Virus record (IMG/VR): IMGVR_UViG_3300032782_000001
Coordinates: 310,001 to 374,000 of that record
DNA length: 64,000 bases
Direction: 5' to 3' (one strand)
Positions 37,038 to 45,630 of this stretch are shown here, piece by piece. Each line of letters opens with the position of its first letter. Position 1 is the stretch's first letter. The translations under genes and the position numbers were made by a program. The notes beneath the pieces are model-generated. The model was given only the letters and a program-made list of their open reading frames with translations. It was not told the origin of the DNA and searched no databases.

Positions 37038-37511
37038 TTAGCTCTCCAAGACGTCAGCGCAAACCAAGAAATGATCGAGGTTCAAATTCTCGAGTGTTTC
37101 ACATAGGTTTTCAACATCACGAGTTCCAACGATCACGAACTGCTCTCGGTCGTCAGTGACGCCAGCGAAGTAGAACTGATACTCGTCATCTTCAGAGGCA
37201 AGCGCGTCGAGAGCCTCATCAACGTCCTCTTCGGTGTCGACATAATCGGCAATCCAACGAGCGGAGGAGTCAGTGTATGTGCGCAACCAAGTCACAGCCA
37301 AGTCCACTGACTGACTAGGACAAGGAGAAAACGCGAAAAAATCCACCATCTGCGGACGATCGAAGCACCCGTCCCAAAGCCGAGCGAACGCCTTTTCCAG
37401 ACGTTCCAACCGGAGGACCTCGTAATTTCCGAATGCGTATTGGAGAAGCGAGTCGCAAAATGGCTTGGGGCTTTCGATCTGTGACATGCAGACGGGTACG
37501 GAGTGGATCAT
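37038..37511 (-). CDS. Hypothetical protein with C-terminal CADVLES tag variant
   Basis: 157 aa; GAGGAG RBS. Confidence 0.65.
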   Translation of the reverse strand: MIHSVPVCMSQIESPKPFCDSLLQYAFGNYEVLRLERLEKAFARLWDGCFDRPQMVDFFAFSPCPSQSVDLAVTWLRTYTDSSARWIADYVDTEEDVDEALDALASEDDEYQFYFAGVTDDREQFVIVGTRDVENLCETLENLNLDHFLVCADVLES

Positions 37512-37602
37512 TAGAACTCCTCGGAAAACTCAATAGTTTACAGCTAAGAATCCATATAGCCGTTGGAGTAAAATTAGTGATGACCCGCTTGGCGGACAAA
37601 TA

Positions 37603-37645
37603 CTTTTCGACCCCGGCCACCACGAGGGCAACCGGGGTCGAAAAG
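37603..37645 (-). terminator. Terminator after the major capsid gene
   Basis: 14-bp inverted repeat CTTTTCGACCCCGG/CCGGGGTCGAAAAG just past the stop. Confidence 0.75.
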
Positions 37646-37662
37646 AAAGCCGTATTCGGGCT

Positions 37663-38556
37663 TCAGCGAGTGACGATCAGGCGCACCAACCCGCGCGGGT
37701 TGTAGGCTCCAATGCCGAGGTTCTCGAACATGCTAAAACCAATGGTCCTCTCTTCCGGGTTGTCTGCGCTGAGGACCGTGAGCTCCGTGCGCACCGGAAT
37801 GCGACCGAAGTGCTCAGGCTCGCAGCAGCAGTAGACCACGCCCTTGGGGACGAGACGCGAGACGATGAACTGGGCATTCCAGCCCGTGCTCATCATGCCG
37901 GTCTTCCAGAGCGTCGCCTGCGACTCGATGTCGAGGACGTCGCGACCGAACTTGCGGATATCCGCGTAGTCGGTTGCGTTCATGTAGACGCGAGCAACCC
38001 GGAGGTCGTGCGTCTCGATCTCGGCGAACGCGTCCGCGAGGACGGCCGGTGAAATCGGGGCCACCACCGGGATGTCCGGGTTCGTCCCGCCCGGGAGCGA
38101 GTCGAATCCGTTGACCGCGATGGCGTCCAGGATGCTGAAGACGCGATCGTCCTCGGCCGCCTGAATCTGGGCCTTGCCCAAGTCCTGCATACGCTTGAGG
38201 AGGTCGTATCGACGCTCCTTGATCTGCGTGAGAGGCGCCTTGGGGAGCGCCGCGATCTCGAAGAGCGGGAAGATCACGCGACGCGGCTTCATCACCGCCG
38301 TGATCGACTCACCTTCCTCACCAATGACGTACGCGACGACATCGGGATCCTTGTCGTAGATCGGGAGAGCACCATCCGGCAGCTGCTCCACGAGGAACGT
38401 CTTGCGGCCGACTGAAGAATAGTCGCGCCTTTCACGGAGGGGCTGAATCATCGAGGCCGCGAGGCGCTTACGCCCAGCCGACGTCCCGATGAAGCGGTCG
38501 ACGACCTGCTCCTTGACCGTGTTGTCTACTACCTGTACGCCAAATTGACCGTTCAT
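37663..38556 (-). CDS. Major capsid protein (HK97 fold)
   Basis: 297 aa with strongly GC3-biased codons; last gene of the head cluster, followed by a terminator. RLAASM..PL...LFEIA.LP...IQAAED pattern recalls Bxz1-like large-phage capsids (from memory). Confidence 0.85.
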   Translation of the reverse strand: MNGQFGVQVVDNTVKEQVVDRFIGTSAGRKRLAASMIQPLRERRDYSSVGRKTFLVEQLPDGALPIYDKDPDVVAYVIGEEGESITAVMKPRRVIFPLFEIAALPKAPLTQIKERRYDLLKRMQDLGKAQIQAAEDDRVFSILDAIAVNGFDSLPGGTNPDIPVVAPISPAVLADAFAEIETHDLRVARVYMNATDYADIRKFGRDVLDIESQATLWKTGMMSTGWNAQFIVSRLVPKGVVYCCCEPEHFGRIPVRTELTVLSADNPEERTIGFSMFENLGIGAYNPRGLVRLIVTR

Positions 38557-38583
38557 GGTCTTACCCTTTCATGTTCCGGGGGC

Positions 38584-39249
38584 TCAGATGAAGAGCTCGA
38601 GGAACATCTCCGTGGAGGTGGCGTCAGGGGGTGAAAGGACGAGACCCATGCGGGTCAGGTCCGGCTCGATGGCCGCGCCGGCAGTGCCGGAGCCAGTCGC
38701 CGCGACAGTGATCCACTGCGTCTCGTACGAGTCCTGCCACCGGTTGGTGAGCAGCCCGTTGACCGAAGCGTAGAGAAGGTCGCCCTCGCTGTAGACGAGC
38801 GCCGTTCCAACGACACCGCCACCGGTGGTCGTCTGAACCTGCGTCTCGTAGATCTTCACTCCGCATGCACCGCCACGCAGGAAGGGACCTTTGCTCGAAG
38901 CCACCGCAGGGGTGTTTTCGTACGCATTCCCGAGCGCGTCGTTGATGAAGAGCCCGAGAGGACGAGTCTTCGCGACGTAAGCAGCAGATACGAGGACCGC
39001 TCCGCCGCAAGTGTTCGGACCAATGTCCGGCCGGCAGAAAGCCACCGAACCACCAAGAACGCCCTTCTTGACGTTCGAAGGCAGAGTCGTAGACTTGGCC
39101 GAGCCAGTCGTAACCACGTTTGGGTTACTTTGCGTGAACCCGTCCGCAGCCAAGGACGGGATGGTGTCCTTGATCAGCGAGTACAGGATACGCAGAGCAC
39201 CCTGGCTGAGGCGAAAATCGCCTGAAGCCTGACCGCCGATGCTTCCCAT
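38584..39249 (-). CDS. Head decoration/cement protein (putative)
   Basis: Gly-rich; PLGLFINDA...YSEGDLLYAS.NGLLT; directly upstream of the capsid gene. Confidence 0.7.
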   Translation of the reverse strand: MGSIGGQASGDFRLSQGALRILYSLIKDTIPSLAADGFTQSNPNVVTTGSAKSTTLPSNVKKGVLGGSVAFCRPDIGPNTCGGAVLVSAAYVAKTRPLGLFINDALGNAYENTPAVASSKGPFLRGGACGVKIYETQVQTTTGGGVVGTALVYSEGDLLYASVNGLLTNRWQDSYETQWITVAATGSGTAGAAIEPDLTRMGLVLSPPDATSTEMFLELFI

Positions 39250-39475
39250 GAGTGTCTCCAGTTCCCGTCAGCCCAAGGCTGCTACACGTCTTCGAGCGTC
39301 TGCGTCAAAAGGACTTCAGTTCGGTTTCCCGCGAAGCCGTCTTTTGCCGTTTCTTCCTTCAGACTGTCCTGACCTCAAACCTCAGAAGTGCCTGTGCCTG
39401 TCTGCGTATCTCGTATGCGTCTTTAAAAGAGTCCGTTGATTCCGTTGAGGGTAACCGCTAGACTCTTTCCAATCC

Positions 39476-40789
39476 TCACTGAGGACGATCCCAAAGGCTC
39501 TCAAGCGATGCCTCTACCGAGGCAGGCCTTCCACCTTGGACCGCTCCCAATTTCTTGACACCACGGTTCGAAGCCGTCCTGGTGCCGGGAATCGTGTAGC
39601 CCATCTCACGGGCAGTCTGCTCACGCTGTGCAGCCACGATGTCACGCTGCGCGACCACCTCAGGGTGATCAGAGAACAAGTCGTCCAGACCTGCGGCTGC
39701 AACTGCAGCCGCCGTTGCCGGCTCCGCCATCGCCTCGTCCTCATCAAACGAGATGTCCGGGAGAGGACTTCCTTGAGCCGCCATCATCGGGACAGCACCA
39801 GGCATTGGTGCAGCAGGTGCCGGCGCGAAGAGAGCCTGAAGCTCATCACCTGCACCGGGGGCGGGCGCCATCTCTTGATGAAGGAGCTCGTCGAGCATGG
39901 CAGCATCAGCCGGACAAAGAGGTCCATGGCCTTGCTCCTGCTGCTGGCCTTGCTCCTGCTGCTGGGACATGTGTCCAGCTTCTTGCTCTTCCTCCTGCTC
40001 CTGCTCCTGCTGCGAGGTGTGACCGCCCTCCTGCTCCTCGTCCTGCTCCTGCTGCTGCTGACCAGTGACTTGCACCTGCGAGGTGTGGCCGCCCTCCTGC
40101 TCCTCGTCTTGCTCCTGTTGAGCAACACGAGCAGAGGCAACAACCTTGAGAATAGACTTCAAGGTGGGGTCATCCAACCCCGCGAAAATCTGTCCAAGCG
40201 CCGTGACATGCTTCTCCGTGGCGGAATCCCCCAGCGTACGAGCCGCAAGCTTGGCGCACGCGAGAGAACGCTTGAAACGCGCCTGCTCCGGGAGAGCCTC
40301 CGGAAGGGTCGCATCCAAGCTCTTCAGTGTAGTCGCCAAAGAAGGCGTCGGAAGCGCCATCAATGCGAGAGTCGTCTCTTCGACGAGATTTTCGTTGGAG
40401 GTACGAAGAAGATGACGAGCCACTCGTTCCGCAGCTTGCGCCTTGCGCTCTGCTGAAACCTTGGAATTGTCATACTTGCCCGGACCATGCCACTTGTCCG
40501 AGTCCTTGTGCTTCCACGTGTCATCGCGGAACTCGCCGAGACCGATCTCGTTCCGCTTGACGTGATCACCTTCGTACTCGTCCTTGACAGTCATCTTTTC
40601 GCCAGGAACCGGCGTCTCTGCCCACGAATCCGGATCACCGTTCTCGTAGTCAATAGCAGAAGGCTGCGGGTGCTCCTGGTTCATGGTGTAGATGTCCGCG
40701 GTCCGAGAGGTCGCTGCCGAACGGGCCTGCGCGGCCTGTCGCGGGTTCTCGCCGGGCTCCGACCAAGTGGAACGCTTGCGCATCGTCAT
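39476..40789 (-). CDS. Capsid scaffolding protein (putative)
   Basis: Low-complexity Q/E/A/P protein between protease and capsid genes; ends LESLWDRPQ. Confidence 0.6.
   Translation of the reverse strand: MTMRKRSTWSEPGENPRQAAQARSAATSRTADIYTMNQEHPQPSAIDYENGDPDSWAETPVPGEKMTVKDEYEGDHVKRNEIGLGEFRDDTWKHKDSDKWHGPGKYDNSKVSAERKAQAAERVARHLLRTSNENLVEETTLALMALPTPSLATTLKSLDATLPEALPEQARFKRSLACAKLAARTLGDSATEKHVTALGQIFAGLDDPTLKSILKVVASARVAQQEQDEEQEGGHTSQVQVTGQQQQEQDEEQEGGHTSQQEQEQEEEQEAGHMSQQQEQGQQQEQGHGPLCPADAAMLDELLHQEMAPAPGAGDELQALFAPAPAAPMPGAVPMMAAQGSPLPDISFDEDEAMAEPATAAAVAAAGLDDLFSDHPEVVAQRDIVAAQREQTAREMGYTIPGTRTASNRGVKKLGAVQGGRPASVEASLESLWDRPQ
40007..40120. repeat. Two copies of a QQEQDEEQEGGHTSQ-coding unit; the first is identical over 48 bp to 46204-46251
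   Basis: Direct sequence comparison. Confidence 0.9.
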
Positions 40790-40838
40790 GATTCAGGCTC
40801 TCCTACGGGTTCGAATTTTATCAATGTCCTAAAATCCT

Positions 40839-42392
40839 TCAGGCAACCGAAGCAACCCTGCCCTTCATTGAAAGGAAGGTTTTCTCGGCAGCTGAGAGAT
40901 GACGGCCGAGCTTGAGGCTACAAGCCGCGAGAAAGGAGATCTCACTAGGGAAATTCTTCATGGGACCGACGGACATTGCAAGCTTATATAGCATCGGAGG
41001 ATGGCTCCGGGATGCCACTCGATCTTCGATCCATGAAAGGATTATCAAATCTTTTGCGGTCAAACCAGAAGCCCGGATTGCAATTGGACCGCGCCTCACA
41101 ATTTTGCTTACTGCAGTTGCCCAGTTGATAAGATGAGTATTACCAGGGAAACGTGCAGCAACACGCTGATTGAAGGCTTGAGAAGCCCTCATCATATTAT
41201 TGTTGCCGGCATCAACACTAGGTGCCGGAGCTGCAGTCCCAACGTCTTCAGGCTTCGGTGCAAGCTTATCAGAAAGACCCTTTACAATCATCTCCATAAG
41301 CTGCTGCTGAGCTTTATCAACCATTTCATCCAAGCTATTAGGCTTAGATTCTGCAGCATCCGAATTACTTGAGTCTGTATCGCCAGAATCAGATGGACTT
41401 GTACCTGCGTTATCAGGAGGAGCACCGCCGAGATCCACATCATCTTCTGCGGGGGCCTGTTGTCCCCCTTCTTGTTGATCTCCTTGCTGTGCAGTCTTCA
41501 CAGAGGCAGCTTTCATGATGCCGTCAAAGTCAATAATGTCACGACGGAGCTCATAAATTTGATTGGATTCCTGCAATTTTGTAGCAATCGCGGAAGATTC
41601 CGGGTTGAGAATCTGGCGTCGAACAGCCCCCCGGAACGCGGGATTGCGGACCCAAGATGCTTCAATGAATTGATTAGAGTTAGGAACTTGAACGTGTCCG
41701 ATCAATTCAGCAATAGGGAAAGTAACCCCATCAGCATCGGATGCGAGTTGACCCTTTCCAACAAATTGAACACAAGGACACAACTGACTGTCATCAGCAG
41801 CAACATTGCCGCAAGCCGTGCAGATGGTAAATAGGGAGATGCATCCCATTGACATGGCTGAAATTTGACCGCCAAGAATATCCTGAATGAGGATCTTGTG
41901 TTTACGATCGGTTGCAACCAGAATATCGATATAACAAGTTTTCCCAAGATCCCTGGCAATGGCGTCTACAATAAATCCTTTGGAAAGTTCAGGGATTTGA
42001 ATATGCTCGAGATAATTGTGAGCACCAATAAAAGTCCGGTATGTTGAAAGAAGGAGAGACCGCTCCCAGGCATCACCGTTGTTGTTGATGATTTCTTGGC
42101 ATTCCGGCTTGATGCGGAAATCCGGCCATCGAACATCGATTTGACAACCGCGAAGCATTTGTCGGCCGGTCTTGGATCCCTTCGGAGCATAAGCATCGAC
42201 GCTTGCTACGATAGTGGCGTGCGAAAGCAAATACTGTTTCGGGTCACATTTACGAAGAATAGTTTTGGCAATTCTGCCAACATAATCTTTAGGAACCGCA
42301 CCCTCATGTTGGCTGCGCAATTCCTCCATCCACTCGTCAAACGCCACGTTTGAACGAGAAACAATCGCGTTGGCGAAGCGCTTGAATGCCAT
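40839..42392 (-). CDS. Prohead protease-like protein with Zn-ribbon insert (putative)
   Basis: EH...GFIVDA...SMGC...CTACGN...CPC...IEASWVRNPAF; positioned upstream of the scaffold. Confidence 0.65.
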   Translation of the reverse strand: MAFKRFANAIVSRSNVAFDEWMEELRSQHEGAVPKDYVGRIAKTILRKCDPKQYLLSHATIVASVDAYAPKGSKTGRQMLRGCQIDVRWPDFRIKPECQEIINNNGDAWERSLLLSTYRTFIGAHNYLEHIQIPELSKGFIVDAIARDLGKTCYIDILVATDRKHKILIQDILGGQISAMSMGCISLFTICTACGNVAADDSQLCPCVQFVGKGQLASDADGVTFPIAELIGHVQVPNSNQFIEASWVRNPAFRGAVRRQILNPESSAIATKLQESNQIYELRRDIIDFDGIMKAASVKTAQQGDQQEGGQQAPAEDDVDLGGAPPDNAGTSPSDSGDTDSSNSDAAESKPNSLDEMVDKAQQQLMEMIVKGLSDKLAPKPEDVGTAAPAPSVDAGNNNMMRASQAFNQRVAARFPGNTHLINWATAVSKIVRRGPIAIRASGLTAKDLIILSWIEDRVASRSHPPMLYKLAMSVGPMKNFPSEISFLAACSLKLGRHLSAAEKTFLSMKGRVASVA

Positions 42393-42444
42393 GGGTTCCC
42401 ATCAAGGAGACGCGCATAGAAATCCGACGATCCTTGACGTACCT

Positions 42445-43035
42445 ATGAGTATGAAAGCCGCAGAAATGAAAGCGAGGTTCGCTCAGGTATCACTCGTTTC
42501 CGTCAAGGTTGTCTTCACGACCAAGCATTACGGCTCAGTAAAAGGTCTGTCCCCTTCTGATGTCCAGAAGTGGCAACGAATTGGCGCCAAAGAAGTTCGT
42601 CAATTCGTATGGCCTAAAGTGGTTGTTAGAGGCCCGGACGGGGATAAAAGTTATTCCCTCACGTGGATGAACCCTCACGCTCCACCGTTCCAGACCAAAC
42701 TCAGCGCAGGTGCAATGTCAGAACCTGAAAAGTTTTTCGTGAAATGTGCGCTCGGGAAAGCGCAAAAACTCCCCGAAGGGATTCGGGGATATGCTCGACA
42801 ATTCGGTCAAGCACTTCAAAACAACATCGAATCTCGAGTCATGAATGCGTGTCGAGCGAGAGGTTTAACCGAAAAAGTCACATCCATCTGGCGGAAAGCC
42901 CGACGTGGACATGCATCCAAGGAACTCCAAGCAACCTTGGAGAAACATTTCAAAGATCTGACGGATTATGACGTCAAAGAGACGTGGAAAACCGTCAAAA
43001 GGCTGCACGCCGTGCGGGACGTGATGGAATCTTAG
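42445..43035 (+). CDS. Hypothetical protein with C-terminal VRDVMES tag, inverted inside the head operon
   Basis: Track ORF 42370-43035; first non-overlapping ATG used as start. Confidence 0.65.
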   Translation: MSMKAAEMKARFAQVSLVSVKVVFTTKHYGSVKGLSPSDVQKWQRIGAKEVRQFVWPKVVVRGPDGDKSYSLTWMNPHAPPFQTKLSAGAMSEPEKFFVKCALGKAQKLPEGIRGYARQFGQALQNNIESRVMNACRARGLTEKVTSIWRKARRGHASKELQATLEKHFKDLTDYDVKETWKTVKRLHAVRDVMES

Positions 43036-44270
43036 CTGGCGTGAGCGACAATGTCGCCAACGGCTTCAATTGAAACCGGGACTCCTGCAACCGAAGAAGG
43101 AATTGTCTTTCGAATTTCTGGCGTGATAGTTGATACATTCACTTTCACGCAGTATTGGCCAGACTGACATGCCACTCCTACACCACGGAGCCAAGATGGC
43201 CGCCCGATCATAGTTCGAAGAACTTTCTTCGCATCCATGGCAGCTTGCATTGTATTCATTCGAGTGGCCTTCCGAATAAGTGGCATTAGTCCCGGACGAA
43301 GACCCGGATTAGCGTAAGCCACTCGGATCAACACTGAGGCCATTCGGCTGGATGCAAATGAGGCTTGCTCACTTTCGAGCGCCGGACCTACGGCTTTGAA
43401 GAGTTCTTTGAGAAGAGAAACAATTTTCTTCTCATCTCCAGCACTCTCTTTGAGCATGTCGGCATAGTGCTCGACAGTACCTTCAAGATTGAAAACCTTC
43501 TTTTTCCCGGGCTTCGGAGGCGCCTTCTTAGGCTCATCGCCGAGATCCACCTTCGGAGCCGGCTCTTCAAGATGTTTGTAAATCCCCTTCAGGATATTAC
43601 CGCCAGCACGGATGAGTTGATCTACTTTCCCAAGTAATTTCTGGACAGTAGACTTATCGGGCTTCTTCTTGACGGTCCGGATCTGTTTGATGAGATCCTT
43701 AGCATCATCGAAGAATGCCTTGTTCTCTTTGAACTCTTGCTCGATGTAATGGCCGGGATCAGCCCACTCTCGCTTGCCTTCGACAAATTCATCCATCATG
43801 GAGTCTTCCATTCGATAAGATGGAGACATTCCATGTTCTTCCGGATCCCGTTCTGGTGTAGATGGGGATTCCGGTGCCTTCTTGGTCTTCTTCTTACCGC
43901 GAAGCTTATCGAGCCAGTCCATCGGGCCAGCCACAGCCGCAGCGCGCCCTGGAATAGGTGGCATCTTCGAGGCACGTTCAAGAAGCTTTTGAAGCTGATT
44001 TAGTTCTTCCTCGAAAGCACCCTCTTGGAAGAATTTAGCGAATTCTTCCGCTGTCTCAAAATCGTTGAGCGCTTTCTTGAGATCACTCTTCACGCTCTTG
44101 AGCATCCCAAGCATGCTCTCAACGTGTTCTTCAAATTTCTTGACCCCAGGATTGATGACGGCCGATCGAATCCCGACTAAAGCTCTGACACTACTCTCGA
44201 GATCATAGGCGAGAAGAGGGTCCTTGGACTGAATCGCGGAAGCAATTCGCAAAAGATTGGAGGCACTCAT
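43032..44270 (-). CDS. Probable internal head protein
   Basis: Charged helical ORF; shares the LLRIAS and LIRVAYANP motifs with 45631-48000. Confidence 0.6.
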   Translation of the reverse strand: MSASNLLRIASAIQSKDPLLAYDLESSVRALVGIRSAVINPGVKKFEEHVESMLGMLKSVKSDLKKALNDFETAEEFAKFFQEGAFEEELNQLQKLLERASKMPPIPGRAAAVAGPMDWLDKLRGKKKTKKAPESPSTPERDPEEHGMSPSYRMEDSMMDEFVEGKREWADPGHYIEQEFKENKAFFDDAKDLIKQIRTVKKKPDKSTVQKLLGKVDQLIRAGGNILKGIYKHLEEPAPKVDLGDEPKKAPPKPGKKKVFNLEGTVEHYADMLKESAGDEKKIVSLLKELFKAVGPALESEQASFASSRMASVLIRVAYANPGLRPGLMPLIRKATRMNTMQAAMDAKKVLRTMIGRPSWLRGVGVACQSGQYCVKVNVSTITPEIRKTIPSSVAGVPVSIEAVGDIVAHAS

Positions 44271-45007
44271 ACAATTAAGTCCTCCGGGTGAATAGTGAAT
44301 CCGCAAGTCCTGCAAGCAAGAACCCTTTGCCCCTGTCGGTAAACACGGGGCTTAAGAGGATTCTTGCACCTCGGACAAGCCACTTTCCCACTGGTCTTCT
44401 CTTTTTGAGTAACTTTGTACCGGCGTTTTGTATCTTTCCAATAGAGCGCCAGTCGACGACCTAGTTCGTATAGATTCGCCACAGTCAAGCTAACTGCGTC
44501 GAATCCAAACTCATCGGAATGAGTACGAGCTACATGGCGGAAAGCCTGAAATTCATTCAGTCCATCATGCCACGCTTTACACGCCGTTCGCCAAATGGGC
44601 TTCGTGCGTTCTTCGTATTCTGCAGCAACCCGTTGAGCCAGAGTCTTCTGAAGCCATCGTTGCGCGACCCTAGAGGATAGGGATTTGCGCCATTTGGCAT
44701 CAGACTTCTCTACTTCTTTTCCAGCGGTCCAACGCGACTTCTCCCAAGTCGCATAACCCTGGTCCACGTGTTCCGGGGGAACTAAGTCCTCAGAAATATC
44801 CTTAACGAGTTCAACAGGAGATTCTTGTTGTTCACCCCAGGGCCACTGAACTGAAACTTTGCCAGTAGCAAGATCGGAATAAAGAACCCGACCTACATAC
44901 GGCGAAAGAAGGAGGTCACGCAAACCAGTCTTGCGCACAACATCGCCCGTGGTGAAACCACGAGCCATTGCTACCTCATCTACGAACGCCGTAGCTCTCC
45001 GCATCAT
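44267..45007 (-). CDS. Hypothetical head-cluster protein with C-terminal Zn ribbon
   Basis: CPRC...CRTCG; RVAQR and RVAAE motifs. Confidence 0.65.
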   Translation of the reverse strand: MMRRATAFVDEVAMARGFTTGDVVRKTGLRDLLLSPYVGRVLYSDLATGKVSVQWPWGEQQESPVELVKDISEDLVPPEHVDQGYATWEKSRWTAGKEVEKSDAKWRKSLSSRVAQRWLQKTLAQRVAAEYEERTKPIWRTACKAWHDGLNEFQAFRHVARTHSDEFGFDAVSLTVANLYELGRRLALYWKDTKRRYKVTQKEKTSGKVACPRCKNPLKPRVYRQGQRVLACRTCGFTIHPEDLIV

Positions 45008-45051
45008 CCCACTCCGTCAGCCATGGCCGGGGAAGCCCGCCCGGAGCGATT

Positions 45052-45585
45052 TCAGTCGGCCCAGTTCTTGATGGGAGCGGGCGTAGGAGCCGCCTGGCGA
45101 GCCTGAACTGCGCCTTGCTTGGTGCTCTTGCCAGCCGGACCCTTGGACCACGAAGGCTGCTTTTTCGTGCCGCCAGCGTACTCATTCAGGTCACGAACCT
45201 GGTATTCATCACGATCGGTTACCGTTACAGTCCGATCTTGATCGTAATTGTCGATCCCCTTCGCGTTGAAGGATTGATCGGTCTTGTGCATGTACGGCTC
45301 GTCCGGATCGGACTGGACGACCTTATTCGGGTTGTCGAAAGTATCCATGTAACCCTCATCAGGGTCCTTTTGGATCACCTTCGCCACCTTCGCTTGGAAG
45401 GCCCTGAAAGCTTCCTCGCCGTATGCAGCAATCTGCATTTTATCGGCAAAGGAATCGATGCTGTGGAGAAGATCCGCCGCGACCTTCGGGCTGATCTTCC
45501 CATCAGCCTTCAGCTTCTCGACGCGAGTGGCGATACCGTCGAGGCGGGCGAGGGTCTTGTTGGCAATTTGCTTCTCGATGGACAT
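45052..45585 (-). CDS. Probable virion protein
   Basis: GGAG RBS before MSIEKQ; duplicated KV(I/V)Q.DPDE.YM. Confidence 0.65.
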   Translation of the reverse strand: MSIEKQIANKTLARLDGIATRVEKLKADGKISPKVAADLLHSIDSFADKMQIAAYGEEAFRAFQAKVAKVIQKDPDEGYMDTFDNPNKVVQSDPDEPYMHKTDQSFNAKGIDNYDQDRTVTVTDRDEYQVRDLNEYAGGTKKQPSWSKGPAGKSTKQGAVQARQAAPTPAPIKNWAD

Positions 45586-45630
45586 GTAGTTCTCCGGGCT
45601 TCCAAGGGGTGACACGACAAAAAAGGTGCA

